From Macrostomum lignano (lineage: Eukaryota), in the NCBI GenBank assembly GCA_002269645.1, contig NIVC01000300.1, forward strand, positions 302,182 to 366,181: a DNA stretch of 64,000 bases, written 5' to 3'. A model generated the notes under the pieces. That model did no database searches and had not been told where the DNA came from. It saw nothing but the letters and a program-made list of their open reading frames with translations. A program made the translations under genes and the position numbers. Positions 1 to 23,501 of this stretch are shown here, in pieces (within the stretch, counting starts at the first letter, position 1; each line of letters starts with the position of its first letter).

Positions 1-545
1 GAGAGTGGGGGAGAGTGGGGCAGAGCGGGAGAGAGTGGGGGAGAGCGGGAGAGAGTGGGGGAGAGCGGGAGAGAGTGGGGGAGAGCGGGAGAGAGTGGGG
101 GAGAGCGGGAGAGAGTGGGGGAGAGCGGGAGAGAGTGGGGGAGAGCGAGAGAGAGTGGGGGAGAGTAGGGAAGAGTGGGGGAGAGTGTGGGAGATTGGGG
201 AGAGTATAGGAGAGCGGGAGAGAGTGGGAGAGAGCGAGAGAGAGTGGGGGAGAGTGGGGGAGAGTGGGGCAGAGCGGGAGAGAGTGGGGGAGAGCGGGAG
301 CGAGTGGAAGAGAGTCGGGAGAGTGGGGGAGAGTGGGGAAAGCGAGAGAGAGTGGGAGAGAGTGAGGGAGAGCGGGAGAGAGTGGGGGAGAGCGGGAGAG
401 AGTGGGGGAGAGCGGGAGAGAGTGGGGGAGAGCGGGAGAGAGTGGGGGAGAGCGGGAGAGAGTGGGGGAGAGCGGGAGAGAGTGGGGGAGAGCGGGAGAG
501 AGTGGGGGAGAGCGGGAGAGAGTGGAGGAGAGCGCGAGAGCGCGA
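1..545 (+). repeat. Purine-rich 20-bp minisatellite (GAGAGCGGGAGAGAGTGGGG)
   Basis: Tandem units read directly. Confidence 0.9.
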
Positions 546-651
546 GACAAGTAGAGAGCGGAGACAGATGAAGATGAAAACAGAGGCAAGGGAAGGAAGA
601 GGATGAGCGGTATTGAATGTCTGAAAGACAACTCGAGCATTTTCAGCGCAC

Positions 652-11296
<10,645 letters not shown>

Positions 11297-12302
11297 CTGC
11301 AAAGTCAGTGGGGGTTTCGAGTTGCTAAATTAGTTTCTATCAAGAGCGCATTACGTAATCATAACCTGAATTCGAACGGTTGTCATGTTTATTAACTTGA
11401 ATTCCTACAATGTGAAAGCATGGGGAATCGGGGAGCATTAAAATCCACCAGAGCAGACAGACAGATCCCAAGTCGCGCTGCGGCCTGCGGCTCGCTCTGG
11501 CGTGAAAGCTGATCGCCGGACGCCATTAAAGGCTGGCTGGGCGAATCTCTGGGATCGAAGCACTGCAGGCAGCAGCTGGGAGAGTCTCTGCTTCTGCCTC
11601 TTCCAGCGGGAAACATGGAAAGATGAGAACGCGCGGACAAGAAGAGCAGAAATAAAGGCGAACGGGGAAAAAGAAGCAGAAGGATTCGATGAGGCGAGAG
11701 AAAAGGGAACTGCTCACTCCAGCGCGGAGTTCTCCGACATCAGATGCTGGGAGTCGCAGCACTGGCTGGGGGGTCACTCGGGCAGAGGGGAAATTAAGAG
11801 AAAGAGAGAGAGAGAGAGAGACGGGACGGGGAGCGGCATGCCATCAAACAAGTGGAGCCAAAGTCTTCACTACTCGAGAAATCTCCGTAAAAAAGACGGA
11901 CAGACAGACGGGGGGCAGCAGATAGGGCGCTGCATCGGGCGGTCCGTGGGGCAGAGTGGGGGCTTCCGCTTAGCTGCTCCTGATTATCGGAGCTCTAGCG
12001 GGCCTCCCCCGGCCTCTCTAATCAGTGCCTGGCCCACCGCGACTAGCAATTAAGTTTTTCTCTTCTCCCAGCTTGTCAATATGCATCAGATAGCCGGCAG
12101 CTGGGAGCCCTCTGAGCGGGAGAGCGGAGCGGCTCTGAAGGACCGGCGGGGGCTGAGACTCCCCTGCTTTGTGCGCCCTGCTGCCCTTCCGGATTGGGGA
12201 AAATAGGAGAGCCTGCGGCCAGAGCATGTTGATGATACTGCCGGCTGGCCATTGTGGGGACTGTAAAGTTCACCTGGAGTGCCCTGCCCTGCGGTCTGTC
12301 CA

Positions 12303-13100
12303 CTCTCCCCTGTCTCCTCTTCCCTGTCTCCCTCTCCCCTGTCTCCCTCTCCCCTGTCTCCCTCTCCCCTGTCTACTTTCCCCTGTCTCCCTCTCCCCTG
12401 TCTACTTTCCCCTGTCTCCCTCTCCCCTGTCTACTTTCCCCTGTCTCCCTCTCCCCTGTCTACTTTCCCCTGTCTCCCTCTCCCCTGTCTACTTTCCCCT
12501 GTCTCCCTCTCCCCTATATCCCTCTCCTCTGTCTCCCTCTCCCCCAGTCTCCCTCTCCCCTGTCTCCCTCTCCCCTGTCTCTCTCTCCCCTGTCTCTCTC
12601 TCCCCTGTCTACCTCTCCCCTGTCTACCTCTCCCCTGTCTCCCTCTCCCCTGTCTCCCTCTCCCCTGTTTCCCTCTCCCCTGTCTACCTCTCCCCTGTCT
12701 CCCTCTCCTCTGTCTCCCTCTCCCCTGTTTCCCTCTCCCCTGTCTCCCTCTCCCCTGTCTCCCTCTCCCCTGTCTCCCTCTCCTCTGTCTCCCTGTCCCC
12801 CGTCTCCCTCTCCCCTGTCTACCTCTCCCCTGTCTACCTCTCCCCTGTCTACCTCTCCCCTGTCTACCTCTCCCCTGTCTACCTCTCCCCTGTCTACCTC
12901 TCCCCTGTCTACCTCTCCCCTGTCTACCTCTCCCCTGTCTACTTCTCCCCTGCCTCCCTCTCCCCTGTCTCCCTCTCCTCTGTCTCCCTGTCCCCTGTCT
13001 CCCTCTCCTCTGTCTCCCTGTCCCCTGTCTCCCTCTCCTCTGTCTCCCTGTCCCCCGTCTCCCTCTCCTCTGTCTCCCTGTCCCCCGTCTCCTCTCCCGT
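12303..13100 (+). repeat. Pyrimidine-rich 14-bp minisatellite (CCTCTCCCCTGTCT)n
   Basis: Tandem units. Confidence 0.95.
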
Positions 13101-14954
13101 GCTTCCCCCTCCGCTCTCACCGACTCTCTCTCTTTCTGCGACGAGCCAGTCGCATCAGACATTATCAAGACCAGGCACTCTTGGCAGACAGCCAAGTTAT
13201 TCTTCAATAGAGTTGAAATAAGAAAATGAAGTCTTCTAAATCGCCCAGTCCGCAAGCCGCTAATCAAGGCAATTCCTGCACCGCCTTCGCAACTGAAACC
13301 TGCTGCTGCTTTTCCAAGCAGCCTGCGGTGCAATCTGGGCGAAGGCCCGGGATAAAAGGGTGGGGCGGGCCCGGTTTAATCAGCGAGAGGCCGAGCTGGT
13401 CAGTCGCGCCGGGTAAAACCTGTTAAACAGATGAAGAGAAAGATGCTGCGGCAGAGTTATTGAAATCTCGGAGCTTCGGTCTTGAGCAGGACTCACGCGA
13501 ATGAAGATGAAGCTTCTGCATGGCCGATCCCGGAGTCTCGGGCTGAGGCTCCCGTAATCAGGGCTGGCTGGCAGGAGTGGGCGGCGAGCGGCACGCATGA
13601 CTTGTCGGCGGCATCGACCAGCGGAACCCCCTTCCGCCCCCGCCCCCCCCTGCTCCGCCCTCTCCATCTGCCGTCTTCTAGAAGCAGCAAGAGAATGGAA
13701 CAGATGAACCATCGGTGCCGAAGGTTGCGTCAGCGGCCCGGCTGGCGAGTGAGCGCGGAGATCGGGTTGCCGCTGTCAACCTGATGCTGAGCTGAGCTGA
13801 GCTGAGCTGCTTACTTTGCTGACCCCTGCATGTAACCGCAATTACTTGATCCCAAATTATAGGAATCGAACTCGAGGGCTGGGGGGTGGGGAGGCACTCC
13901 GTCGCTCGCGGGTCGAATATCTTTTTTTCGAAATTGCCACTTCGAGAATGAAAGCTTTTATGAAAAAAGCAACAAGATGCCCAATTTTTAGCCCCAGTGA
14001 AAAATTGTGGGGGCTGCTGATGAGTGAGTGGGAGCTGAGAAATTCTCTTCATCTCCCCGGGGGGAAGCTGGGCTGGAGCAGGCATATTAAACGGCCATTT
14101 CGCGCCGCTGTCTGCGGGGCTTAGGGCGTCGAAAGACTCCCTCTCTCTCTCTAAAGCATGTCAGCAGAGCGATGCGAAACATTCGACCCCTCTCTGCTTT
14201 AAACGAGTCCCCCCTTGGGGCTCTCAGCTGGAAGCTGAGCGAAGATGAGGAGTCGCCCACCTGCTTAAAAATGTGCACGCATTAACCTGCTGGCTTATTA
14301 TTTTTGCCTTTTAATACCTGCCTACCTCTGCATGCATCTCGGATTAGTGCCGATCCCCTCTGCTCTCCGATTGCGTAACTACGGCTGTTGCAGAATGAAG
14401 AAGCAGCTAAAATATTTTGTTCTGAGCTCCCGCTGCTCCCCGCGCTTCTTCATCACCGAGGATGCTGCAGCTGCCGCCCGACGCGACTTTCTGCCCCCTC
14501 GGGGCGGCTGAGGAGGTGGCTGACCAGAAAATGCAAATGAGCCCCCCCCCGGGGCCGCGTGACTTTCTGGATTCGAACTCCCCCCGCCCCCCCTGCCCCA
14601 CCCCCTGGTGAGGCATTCGGAGGCACGGAGCAGCTCAGCCAGTCCAGCCTCCGCTCCGGTGATGCAGCATATGGCGGCGCAGGGAGGTCAGAGACAAGCC
14701 CGGCCAGCCTGAGGTTCCCCAAGGCGTGACCGGTACAATGAGAGGCCGGGCCAAACACTCGCATTAATGCGCACTCGGCTTCTGTTAGTGCTGGGGTCTC
14801 AAGCCTTCAGAGCCATCTGCCGCTATGGGAAGTCCGCACTGGAGTCGGCCAGGTGTCAGTCACTGACGCGATCAGTCGCTGGCCTCTTCATGCTGCATCC
14901 CATTTTTTATAAAACGAGCTTACATGATACTGAAGTGTCATTTGTCTCTCCGTG

Positions 14955-15460
14955 ATCTGGTCTCTCTCTGGTATCTCTCTAGTCTGTGGTATCTCTTGTC
15001 TCTGGTATCTGTCTGGTCTCTGGTCTCTCTCTTGTCTCTGGTATCTGTCTGGTCTCTGGTCTCTCTCTTGTCTCTGGTCTCTCTCTAGTCTTTGGTCTCT
15101 CTCTGGTCTCTCTCTGGTATCTATCTAGTCTGTGGTATCTCTTGTCTCTGGTATCTGTCTGGTCTCTGGTCTCTCTCTTGTCTCTGGTATCTGTCTGGTC
15201 TCTGGTCTCTCTCTTGTCTCTGGTCTCTCTCTTGTCTCTCTCTGGTATCTCTCTGGTCTCTCTCTAGTCTTTGGTCTCTCTCTTGTCTCTCTCTGGTATC
15301 TCTCTGGTCTCTCTCTAGTCTCTCTCTGGTCTCTCTCTTGTCTCTGGACTCTTTCTGGTATCTCTGGTATCTTTCTTGTCTCTCTCTTGTCTTTGGTCTC
15401 TCTCTTATCTCTGATCTCTCTCTGCTTTCTCTGTGATCTATAATACCTCTGATCTCTCAT
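14955..15460 (+). repeat. CT-rich degenerate minisatellite (TCTCTGGTCTCTCTCTTG-like)
   Basis: Tandem, variable units. Confidence 0.85.
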
Positions 15461-16114
15461 ACCTTTCAGTCTCTGTTTTTCTCACGCAGTCATTTCACCA
15501 AATTCTAAAAATCCAATTCTGTATCAATTCTGTTCTCAAAGCCGCTTCAGACAACAAAGCAGAGAAAGCAGTGCTTTGCTTGAAAGGCAATTGTATCATT
15601 TCGAATACTTTGAACTGGGGCCCGCTCTTGACTCCCGACTGGCTCACAGAACCTTCTGTCTGCCTTTCATTTTGTTTTGAAAAACCGTTTGAAAACACCT
15701 GGAGCGACCCTTGGGCGGCTTGAGCTGCCAGGTCGGGGGTGGGGGGGGGGTTGAATCGAGATCCTGCCCGATTCTCGCTGCAGTTTCGAGCTCTTCTAAA
15801 AGAGAGTAAGCTTAATTTCCTGGCTTCGCGGTGCCGGTTTCAAAAGACTCCAAAGCAGAATCCAATTGGCCCCCTCCGTCATCATTATCAGCTCGCTCGC
15901 TGATGAGAGAGGAGGCTGGCATGCCCTGCAGCTGCTGAGCAATTTAGCTGCGAGAGGAGAAAGTCCATGAAAAGAATTTTGTTCCGCATCTCCCTGCCGC
16001 AGCCCCGGGGCAGGGAGGCGGCCCAGTTTAAATGGATCCTCGGGCGCAACCCCCCATCGAAAAAGTGCAAAGAAATTTATCGAGCAAATTTTATTCAACG
16101 TTTCCTAGAAATTT

Positions 16115-16565
16115 GAGGGGCGCCATTTCATTTGAAGGGGCGCTATTTCATTTGAGGGGGCGCTATTTCATTTGAAGGGGCGCTATTTCATTTGAGGGGG
16201 CGCTATTTCATTTGAGGGGGCGCTATTTCATTTGAGGGGGCGCTATTTCATTTGAGGGGGCGCTATTTCATTTGAGGGGGCGCTATTTCATTTGAGGGGG
16301 CGCTATTTCATTTGAGGGGGCGCTATTTCATTTGAGGGGGCGCTATTTCATTTGAGGGGGCGCTATTTCATTTGAAGGGGCGCTATTTCATTTGAAGGGG
16401 CGCTATTTCATTTGAAGGGGCGCTATTTCATTTAAAGGGGCGCTATTTCAGTTGGGAGGCGCCATTTCAGTTGGGAGGCGCCATTTCAGTTGGGAGGCGC
16501 CATTTCAGTTGGGAGGCGCCATTTCAGCTGGGAGGCGCCATTTCAGTTGGGAGGCGCCATTTCAG
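16115..16565 (+). repeat. 20-bp minisatellite (GGGGCGCTATTTCATTTGAG)n grading into a GGAGGCGCCATTTCAGTTG variant
   Basis: Tandem units with a polar change of variant. Confidence 0.9.
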
Positions 16566-17084
16566 TTGTAGCGCAGCGCTTGTACATCAGCGGTCCTGAC
16601 TTTCTAACGAGCTGCTCCGGTATCGGCAAACAACAGCAAATAATAATACCAGCTAGAAAATCTCCTGAATTCCTGAAATGCTTCTGAAAGCAGACCAGAA
16701 TCCATATCTGATGCAGTTTCTCACCCTCCAAAGTCCTTAGCAGTCTTCCGAGCAGGCAGTACCGGGCAAGTAAAAAAATCCCTTTTTTGGGAAGCTCTTC
16801 CGCCTCTCAGAGTGAATGGGCACCCTGCCTCAGCAGAGATGCTGTGAGGAGTTGAGATCGAGTAGGCAGGGCTGTTCAACAGGTGTGCAGGGAAGCGAAG
16901 GGACTGAAGGAAGCACTCTCGGGAGAAACGCACCAGCGGAAGCCACAGTGACTGCGCTGGACAGGTGGGAAATGGCCGGTGGCTGCGCGAGTCCTGAGCT
17001 GAGATGAAGCCACGAAATGGGGGTTTAGAGAGGCTGCGGCTGCTGCAGCGGGGGATCTGCAGTGAAATCGGGTCTCTGCCGGCT

Positions 17085-18310
17085 TTTCTGCCCGCCTCTC
17101 CTGCCCGCCTCTCCTGCCCGCCTCTCCTGCCCGCCTCTTCTGCCTGCCTCTCCTGCCCGCCTCTCCTGCCCGCCTCTCCTGCCCGCCTCTCCTGCCCGCC
17201 TCTCCTGCCTGCCTCTCCTGCCTCTCCTGCCCGCCTCTCCTGCCCGCCTCTCCTGCCTGCCTCTCCTGCCCGCATCTCCTGTCCGCATCTCCTGCCCGCC
17301 TCTCCTGCCCGCCTCTCCTGCCCGCCTCTCCTGCCCGCCTCTCCTGCCCGCCTCTCCTGCCCGCCTCTCCTGCCTGCCTGCCTCTCCTGCCTGCCTCTCC
17401 TGCCCGCCTCTCCTGCCCGCCTCTCCTGCCCGCCTCTCCTGCCCGCCTCTCCTGCCTGCCTCTCCTGCCTCTCCCGCCCGCCTCTCCTGCCCGCCTCTCC
17501 TGCGCGCCTCTCCTGCCTCTCCTGCCTCTCCTGCCCGCCTCTCCTGCCCGCCTCTCCTGCCTGCCTCTCCTGCCCGCCTCTCCTGCCCGCCTCTCCTGCC
17601 CGCCTCTCCTGCCCGCCTCTCCTGCCTGCCTCTCCTGCCCACCTCTCCTGCCCGCCTCTCCTGCCCGCCTCTCCTGCCTGCCTCTCCTGCCTCTCCTGCC
17701 CGCCTCTCCTGCCCGCCTCTCCTGCCCGCCTCTCCTGCCCGCATCTCCTGCCCACCTCTCCTGCCCGCCTCTCCTGCCCGCCTCTCCTGCCCGCATCTCC
17801 TGCCCGCCTCTCCTGCCCGCCTCTCCTGCCCGCCTCTCCTGCGCGCCTCTCCTGCCTCTCCTGCCTCTCCTGCCCGCCTCTCCTGCCCGCATCTCCTGCC
17901 CGCCTCTCCTGCCTGCCTCTCCTGCCCGCCTCTCCTGCCCGCCTCTCCTGCCCGCCTCTCCTGCCCGCCTCTCCTGCCTGCCTCTCCTGCCCACCTCTCC
18001 TGCCCGCCTCTCCTGCCCGCCTCTCCTGCCTGCCTCTCCTGCCTCTCCTGCCCGCCTCTCCTGCCCGCCTCTCCTGCCCGCCTCTCCTGCCCGCATCTCC
18101 TGCCCACCTCTCCTGCCCGCCTCTCCTGCCCGCCTCTCCTGCCCGCATCTCCTGCCCGCCTCTCCTGCCCGCCTCTCCTGCCCGCATCTCCTGCCCGCCT
18201 CTCCTGCCCGCATCTCCTGCCCGCCTCTCCTGCCCGCCTCTCCTGCCCGCATCTCCTGCCCGCATCTCCTGCCCGCATCTCCTGCCCGCCTCTCCTGCCC
18301 GCCTCTCCTA
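17085..18310 (+). repeat. 13-bp minisatellite (CCCGCCTCTCCTG)n, 1.2 kb
   Basis: Tandem units; the source of four overlapping ORFs longer than 400 aa. Confidence 0.95.
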
Positions 18311-18984
18311 TCCTGTCTCCATCTCCCCTGTCTCACGGTCTCCCTACTTGCTTGAAGCCTGTCGAGCATGGACTTCTGGAAACCTGGACTGGAGGCAGAA
18401 GCTGGAACCGCACCCGCCGCCAAATTCTTCCTTTAAAAAGCCCAGACTGAGACCGAGTTGACATTTCCTTGCAGTTTGGCGAGCTTTCAAGACGCTCCGC
18501 TTGCATCTGTTTGGTGAAATTGCTTCCAGTCCAGATCTCTAGAAGTCTCTGGTCTCTCTCTCCTCGCCGTCTTTCTACCTGCTTTTATTCCTTCGTTCCA
18601 CCAACAAAGAGGAATAAAAAAGAGTAAGGCAGAGGCAGAGTTTGCAACAGCGAGCGGCTACAGCTTCAAGTTTTGGTTAATAAATATTTCAGGGGAGCGA
18701 AAATACACACGACTGGGATGGAGGGTGAGACAGAGGGGAAGGCGGAGGGCAGGCAGGAGGGCTCTTGTCCTAAAATTTTCATTCTCTTTTTCCCTCCCCC
18801 CTAATTTTGTTCGCCTTTTTCTTTTCTGCTTTTATATTGTTCCTCCGGCTCTTGGCTTCATCCCGGCAGTGGAGGCAAGTGCTTGAGGAGGTAATTATCT
18901 GGGCTCAGCAGCTGGCCTTTGCAGGGGTGCACCGGCCAGTTATCAGTTCTCTGCATCTCAATCCATTTCTCTATCTTCTTTGAG

Positions 18985-19562
18985 ACTGAGAGGGAGGGTG
19001 AAATTAGGGTCGACAGTGAGACTGAGAGGGAGGGTAGGGATGAGAGGGAGGGCGAGGCTGAGAGGGAGGGCGAGGCTGAGAGGGAGGGCGAGGCTGAGAG
19101 GGAGGGCGAGGCTGAGAGGGAGGGCGAGACTGAGATGGAGAATGAGACTGAGAGGGAGGGCGAGGCTGAGAGGGAGGGCGAGGCTGAGAGGGAGGGCGAG
19201 GCTGAGAGGTAGGGCAAGGCTGAGAGGGAGGGCGAGACTGAGATGGAGAATGAGACTGAGAGGTAGGGCGAGGCTGAGAGGGAGGGTGAGGCTGAGAGGG
19301 AGGGCGAGGCTAAGAGGTAGGGCGAGGCTGAGATGGAGAGTGAGACTGAGAGGAAGGGCGAGGCTGAGAGGGAGGGCGAGGCTGAGAGGGAGGGCGAGGC
19401 TGAGAGGGAGGGCGAGGCTGAGGGGGAGGGCGAAGCTGAGAGTGAGGGCGAGGCTGAGGGGGAGGGCGAGGCTGAGAGGAAGGGCGAGGCTGAGAGGGAG
19501 GGCGAGGCTGAGAAGTAGGGCGAGGCTGAGAGGGAGGGCGAGGCTGAGATGGAGGGCGAGAC
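18985..19562 (+). repeat. 18-bp minisatellite (AGAGGGAGGGCGAGGCTG)n
   Basis: Tandem units. Confidence 0.92.
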
Positions 19563-20154
19563 TCAAATGGAATCCAGATGCTGTTGCATCGTAAAATCAA
19601 AATTTCTCACAAAGAGAACGCTTGAAAGAAAAGATAGAAAGAAAACTTCAAATTCAGTATTTGACAGTTTTGTCAAAAAATATTTTGATAGCCTCGCGGG
19701 ACTCACCGGTCAGAGCCAGCAGCAGCAGCGCCCACATCAGAAGGCCGTTCAACCTTGAAGCCAGTTTTATCGGCATCCCCTGAGCACTGTTGAGCAGTTA
19801 CGGACAAGCTAAATCTGTTATTAATATTGGCTCTCCAAGTATCTCAGTGCCGACGTCTCCTCCACTTGCCAGTGCAGTTCTGGGCTGCCTCTGTGACGCG
19901 ATGGCTTTTAATGCTGAGCTGGTGGCAGGCTGCCTGACAGCCAATGAGGATATGGGACTGACTGACCGACCAATGCGGGGCTTTCCAGTTCAGGTTTATC
20001 CCAAGCAGCACGAGTCTAGGGATTTTCAATGAGTTGATGGGGAGGGAGAACTTGTGAGCACTGAAGACTTGTCTCTTGTAGAGAGGGGGATTCGGGAGTA
20101 GATAGCTGAGATTGATCGAGTAGATTGCTGAGATTGGTCGATTACAAGTTTGGG

Positions 20155-20900
20155 ACTGAGAGGGAGGGTGAGGGCTGAGAAGGAAGACTGAGACTGAGAG
20201 GGAGGGCGAGGCTGAGAGGGAGGGCGAGGCTGAGAAGGAGTGGGAGACTGAGAGGGAGTGTGAGACTGAGAGGGAGTGTGAGACTGAGAGGGAGTGTGAG
20301 ACTGAGAGGGAGTGTGAGACTGAGAGGGAGTGTGAGACTGAGAGGGAGTGGGAGACTGAGAGGGAGTGTGAGACTGAGAGGGAGTGTGAGACTGAGAGGG
20401 AGTGTGAGACTGAGCGGGAGTGGGAGACTGAGAGGGAGTGTGAGACTGAGCGGGAGTGTGAGACTGAGAGGGAGTGTGAGACTGAGAGGTAGTGTGAGAC
20501 TGAGAAGGAGAAAGGAAGGAAGGGTAAGAGTGAGGCAATAGGGGAGAGTGAGGCTGAGAGGGAGTGTGAGACTGAGCGGGAGTGGGAGACTGAGAGGGAG
20601 TGTGAGACTGAGCGGGAGTGTGAGACTGAGAGGGAGTGTGAGACTGAGAGGTAGTGTGAGACTGAGAAGGAGAAAGGAAGGAAGGGTAAGAGTGAGGCAA
20701 TAGGGGAGAGTGAGGCTGAGAGGGAGTGTGAGACTGAGCGGGAGTGGGAGACTGAGAGGGAGTGTGAGACTGAGCGGGAGTGTGAGACTGAGAGGGAGTG
20801 TGAGACTGAGAGGTAGTGTGAGACTGAGAAGGAGAAAGGAAGGAAGGGTAAGAGTGAGGCAATAGGGGAGAGTGAGGCTGAGAGAAAAGGTGAGACTGAA
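20155..20900 (+). repeat. 18-bp minisatellite (AGAGGGAGTGTGAGACTG)n with a 162-bp higher-order repeat
   Basis: The interrupting block TGAGAAGGAGAAAGGAAGG.. recurs at 20501, 20663 and 20825. Confidence 0.92.
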
Positions 20901-21711
20901 ATGGAGTATTAGATACAATATGTCAACTTCATGAATGATGAGGCAGCCAGCAGACTCCAAAAGCTCCACAGCTCCACTGGGCAGTCGGCAGTTTTCTGTA
21001 ACTGAAACCCCCATAAAATTTGCTTCAACCCGCGGTGCCGCTGCAGCGGAGAGGCGGGTGAAACAGACAAGCGGGCAGGCCCTGAGCTCTCAGAGCTCAT
21101 CCGGGAAGCTCCGGCGCCCCTTCTGTGTCGGCAAACAACAAAGAAGGAAAGGGGCAGAGAGTGGAAGAACGGGGTGGCGCGTGCAGCAAGGGAGAGGCTG
21201 GTCTCCACTAGAAGAGGCAAAAAATGCGAAATGACTTGGCATTCTGAGCGGAGCAGCCTGGCTACTGCTCCGGCCTATTATTCCTGCTCTATTTTGGTTC
21301 GCGCTCCGGCTTCGTCGGGGGGGGGGAGAAAAAAGCCATCAACAGAACTTGATGGCGGAGTTTGTTGCAAAAAAGGGAAGAGCTTAAAGTTTGTAGGAGT
21401 TGAGCTGGGCGGCTCTCCTCCTAGTAGCAGTTCCCCGGCAAGCGGCCAAGAAGACCGGGAGAAAAAGCAAAATGAAGTGAAAACAAAAAGAAGACGGCAC
21501 TACTTGGCCTGGGGAGGCTCTTGAGTAATGAGCAGCTGGGCAGTGCGACATCTTAAAATGGAGAGGAACTGGAATTGGCAACTCTGCTTCATCTTAGACT
21601 CTTTAAATCCGAACTCTTTACAAGCTTTGAAATTGCCTGAGCCGCAGTGGCGGTATTGATTTCAGCTGAGTGCAACAGGTCTGCAGCCTGCTCTCGCGGG
21701 CGGCTTCTGAC

Positions 21712-22345
21712 CGGTTCCTTCAGGCTCCTGTCTGGTTCCTTCAGGTTCCTGTCTTGTTCCTTCAGGCTCCTGTCTGGTTCCTTCAGGCTCCTGTCTGGTT
21801 CCTTCAGGTTCCTGTCTTGTTCCTTCAGGCTCCTGTCTGGTTCCTTCAGGCTCCTGTCTGGTTCCTTCAGGCTCCTGTCTGGTTCCTTCAGGCTTCTGTC
21901 TGGTTCCTTCAGGCTCCTGTCTGGTTCCTTCAGGCTCCTGTCTGGTTCCTTCAGGCTCCTGTCTGGTTCCTTCAGGTTCCTGTCTTGTTCCTTCAGGCTC
22001 CTGTCTGGTTCCTTCAGGCTCCTGTCTGGTTCCTTCAGGCTCCTGTCTGGTTCCTTCAGGCTTCTGTCTGGTTCCTTCAGGCTCCTGTCTGGTTCCTTCA
22101 GGCTTCTGTCTAGTTCCTTCAGGCTCCTGTCTGGTTCCTTCAGGCTCCTGTCTGGTTCCTTTAGGCTTCTGTCTGGTTCCTTCAGGCTCCTGTCTGGTTC
22201 CTTCAGGCTTCTGTCTTGTTACTTCAGGCTTCTGTCTTGTTACTTCAGGTTCCTGTCTTGTTAACTTCAGGATCCTGTCTTGTTAACTTCAGGCTCCTGT
22301 CCGGTTCCTTCAGGCTCCTGTCTTGTTAACTTCAGGCTCCTGTCT
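21712..22345 (+). repeat. 21-bp minisatellite (CTCCTGTCTGGTTCCTTCAGG)n
   Basis: About 30 tandem units. Confidence 0.95.
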
Positions 22346-22954
22346 GGTTAACTGTCAGCGGAATGGGCAGAGTTGCCAGGGTGCCCACAGACCTCGAATT
22401 TATTGTATTTTGTTCTGCATCCCTTGCCACATCCGCAGTGCAGTGAGGACTGCAACCGACGGCAGATCAGCAATGCTTGCAAAAAGCGCAGAAGTCTCGC
22501 AAAGCATGTCTAAAGCAGCATGTGCAGAAAAAGCCAAGCGCTGAGGTAGTGGGGCGGCCTCTGCCATTAATGGCTATTGATGAGGCCAGTCTGAGTTCGG
22601 CTTTCTCTGCGCTCCTGGGAGGGGGAGCCGATAAACAGGCCGCGTAGGAGGAACTCGCTAGTCAGAGCCAGCAGTATCCGGTATCCGCTTCAATGGGTAC
22701 TGATGAGGCATGGCAGTTGAACGATAAATCCCAGTATCCATATTTCTGCTTTTTTAAATCGGGAAATTTATTGCAAAGTAGCATCTGAGCAGACCTTCAG
22801 GCCTGGATTGTTCAAACCGAGTGAATTCATGTACCATAATGAGACAAAATTTTCAAGGTACTCGTATAAATTGGTAAACGTGATTAACTGAGAAAACAGT
22901 CAAAGCATTGTCATTTAGAATGGATTAGAGAAAGACATCACTGAGATGAGAATA

Positions 22955-23445
22955 GATCGGTGAGAAGAGATCAGTGAGAAGAGATCGGGGAGATGAGATC
23001 AGGAAGATGAGATCGGAGGAATGAGATCGAGGAGATGAGATCGGGGAGATGAGATCCGGAAGATGAGATCGGTGAGAAGAGATGAGTGAGTGAGAAGAGA
23101 TCGGAGAGATGAGATCGGGGAGAGAGATGAGATCAGAGAGATAAGATCGGGGAGATAAGATCAGGAAGATAAGACGGGGAAAAGAGATGAGTGAGTGAGA
23201 AGAGATCGGGGAGATGAGATCGGGGAGATAAGACGGTGAGAATAGATCGGTGAGAAGAGATGAGTGAGAAGAGATCGGGGGGTGAGATCGGGGAGATGAG
23301 ATTGGGGAGGGAGATAAGATCAGGAAGATAAGACGGGGAGAAGAGATGAGTCAGAAGAGATCGGGGAGATGGGATCTATGAGACGAGAGCGGTGAGAGAG
23401 TTTAGTGAGAGGAGAAATAAGAGAAGAGAGCGGTGAGAACAGACG
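22955..23445 (+). repeat. Degenerate purine-rich repeat (GAGATCGGGGAGATGA-like)
   Basis: Recurrent GAGATCGG core downstream of the cadherin-EGF stop codon. Confidence 0.8.
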
Positions 23446-23501
23446 AGCAACTCAGAGAATCTGGAAGCCAGACAAAGGGTGGCTGTACGAAGTGCTGGAG
23501 A

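Noticed and set aside
16115-16565. AGGGGGCGCTA in the 20-mer array (and CACCAGGGGCGCC at 61521-61675) as CTCF site clusters
   Set aside because: Only the 3' half of the CTCF consensus matches (or one G is missing), and CTCF has been reported absent from flatworms, the likely source lineage.
13491-16780. Donor-like sites at 13496 and ~16720 as the Ig gene leader exon
   Set aside because: The phase-1 frames give no ATG followed by a hydrophobic signal peptide.
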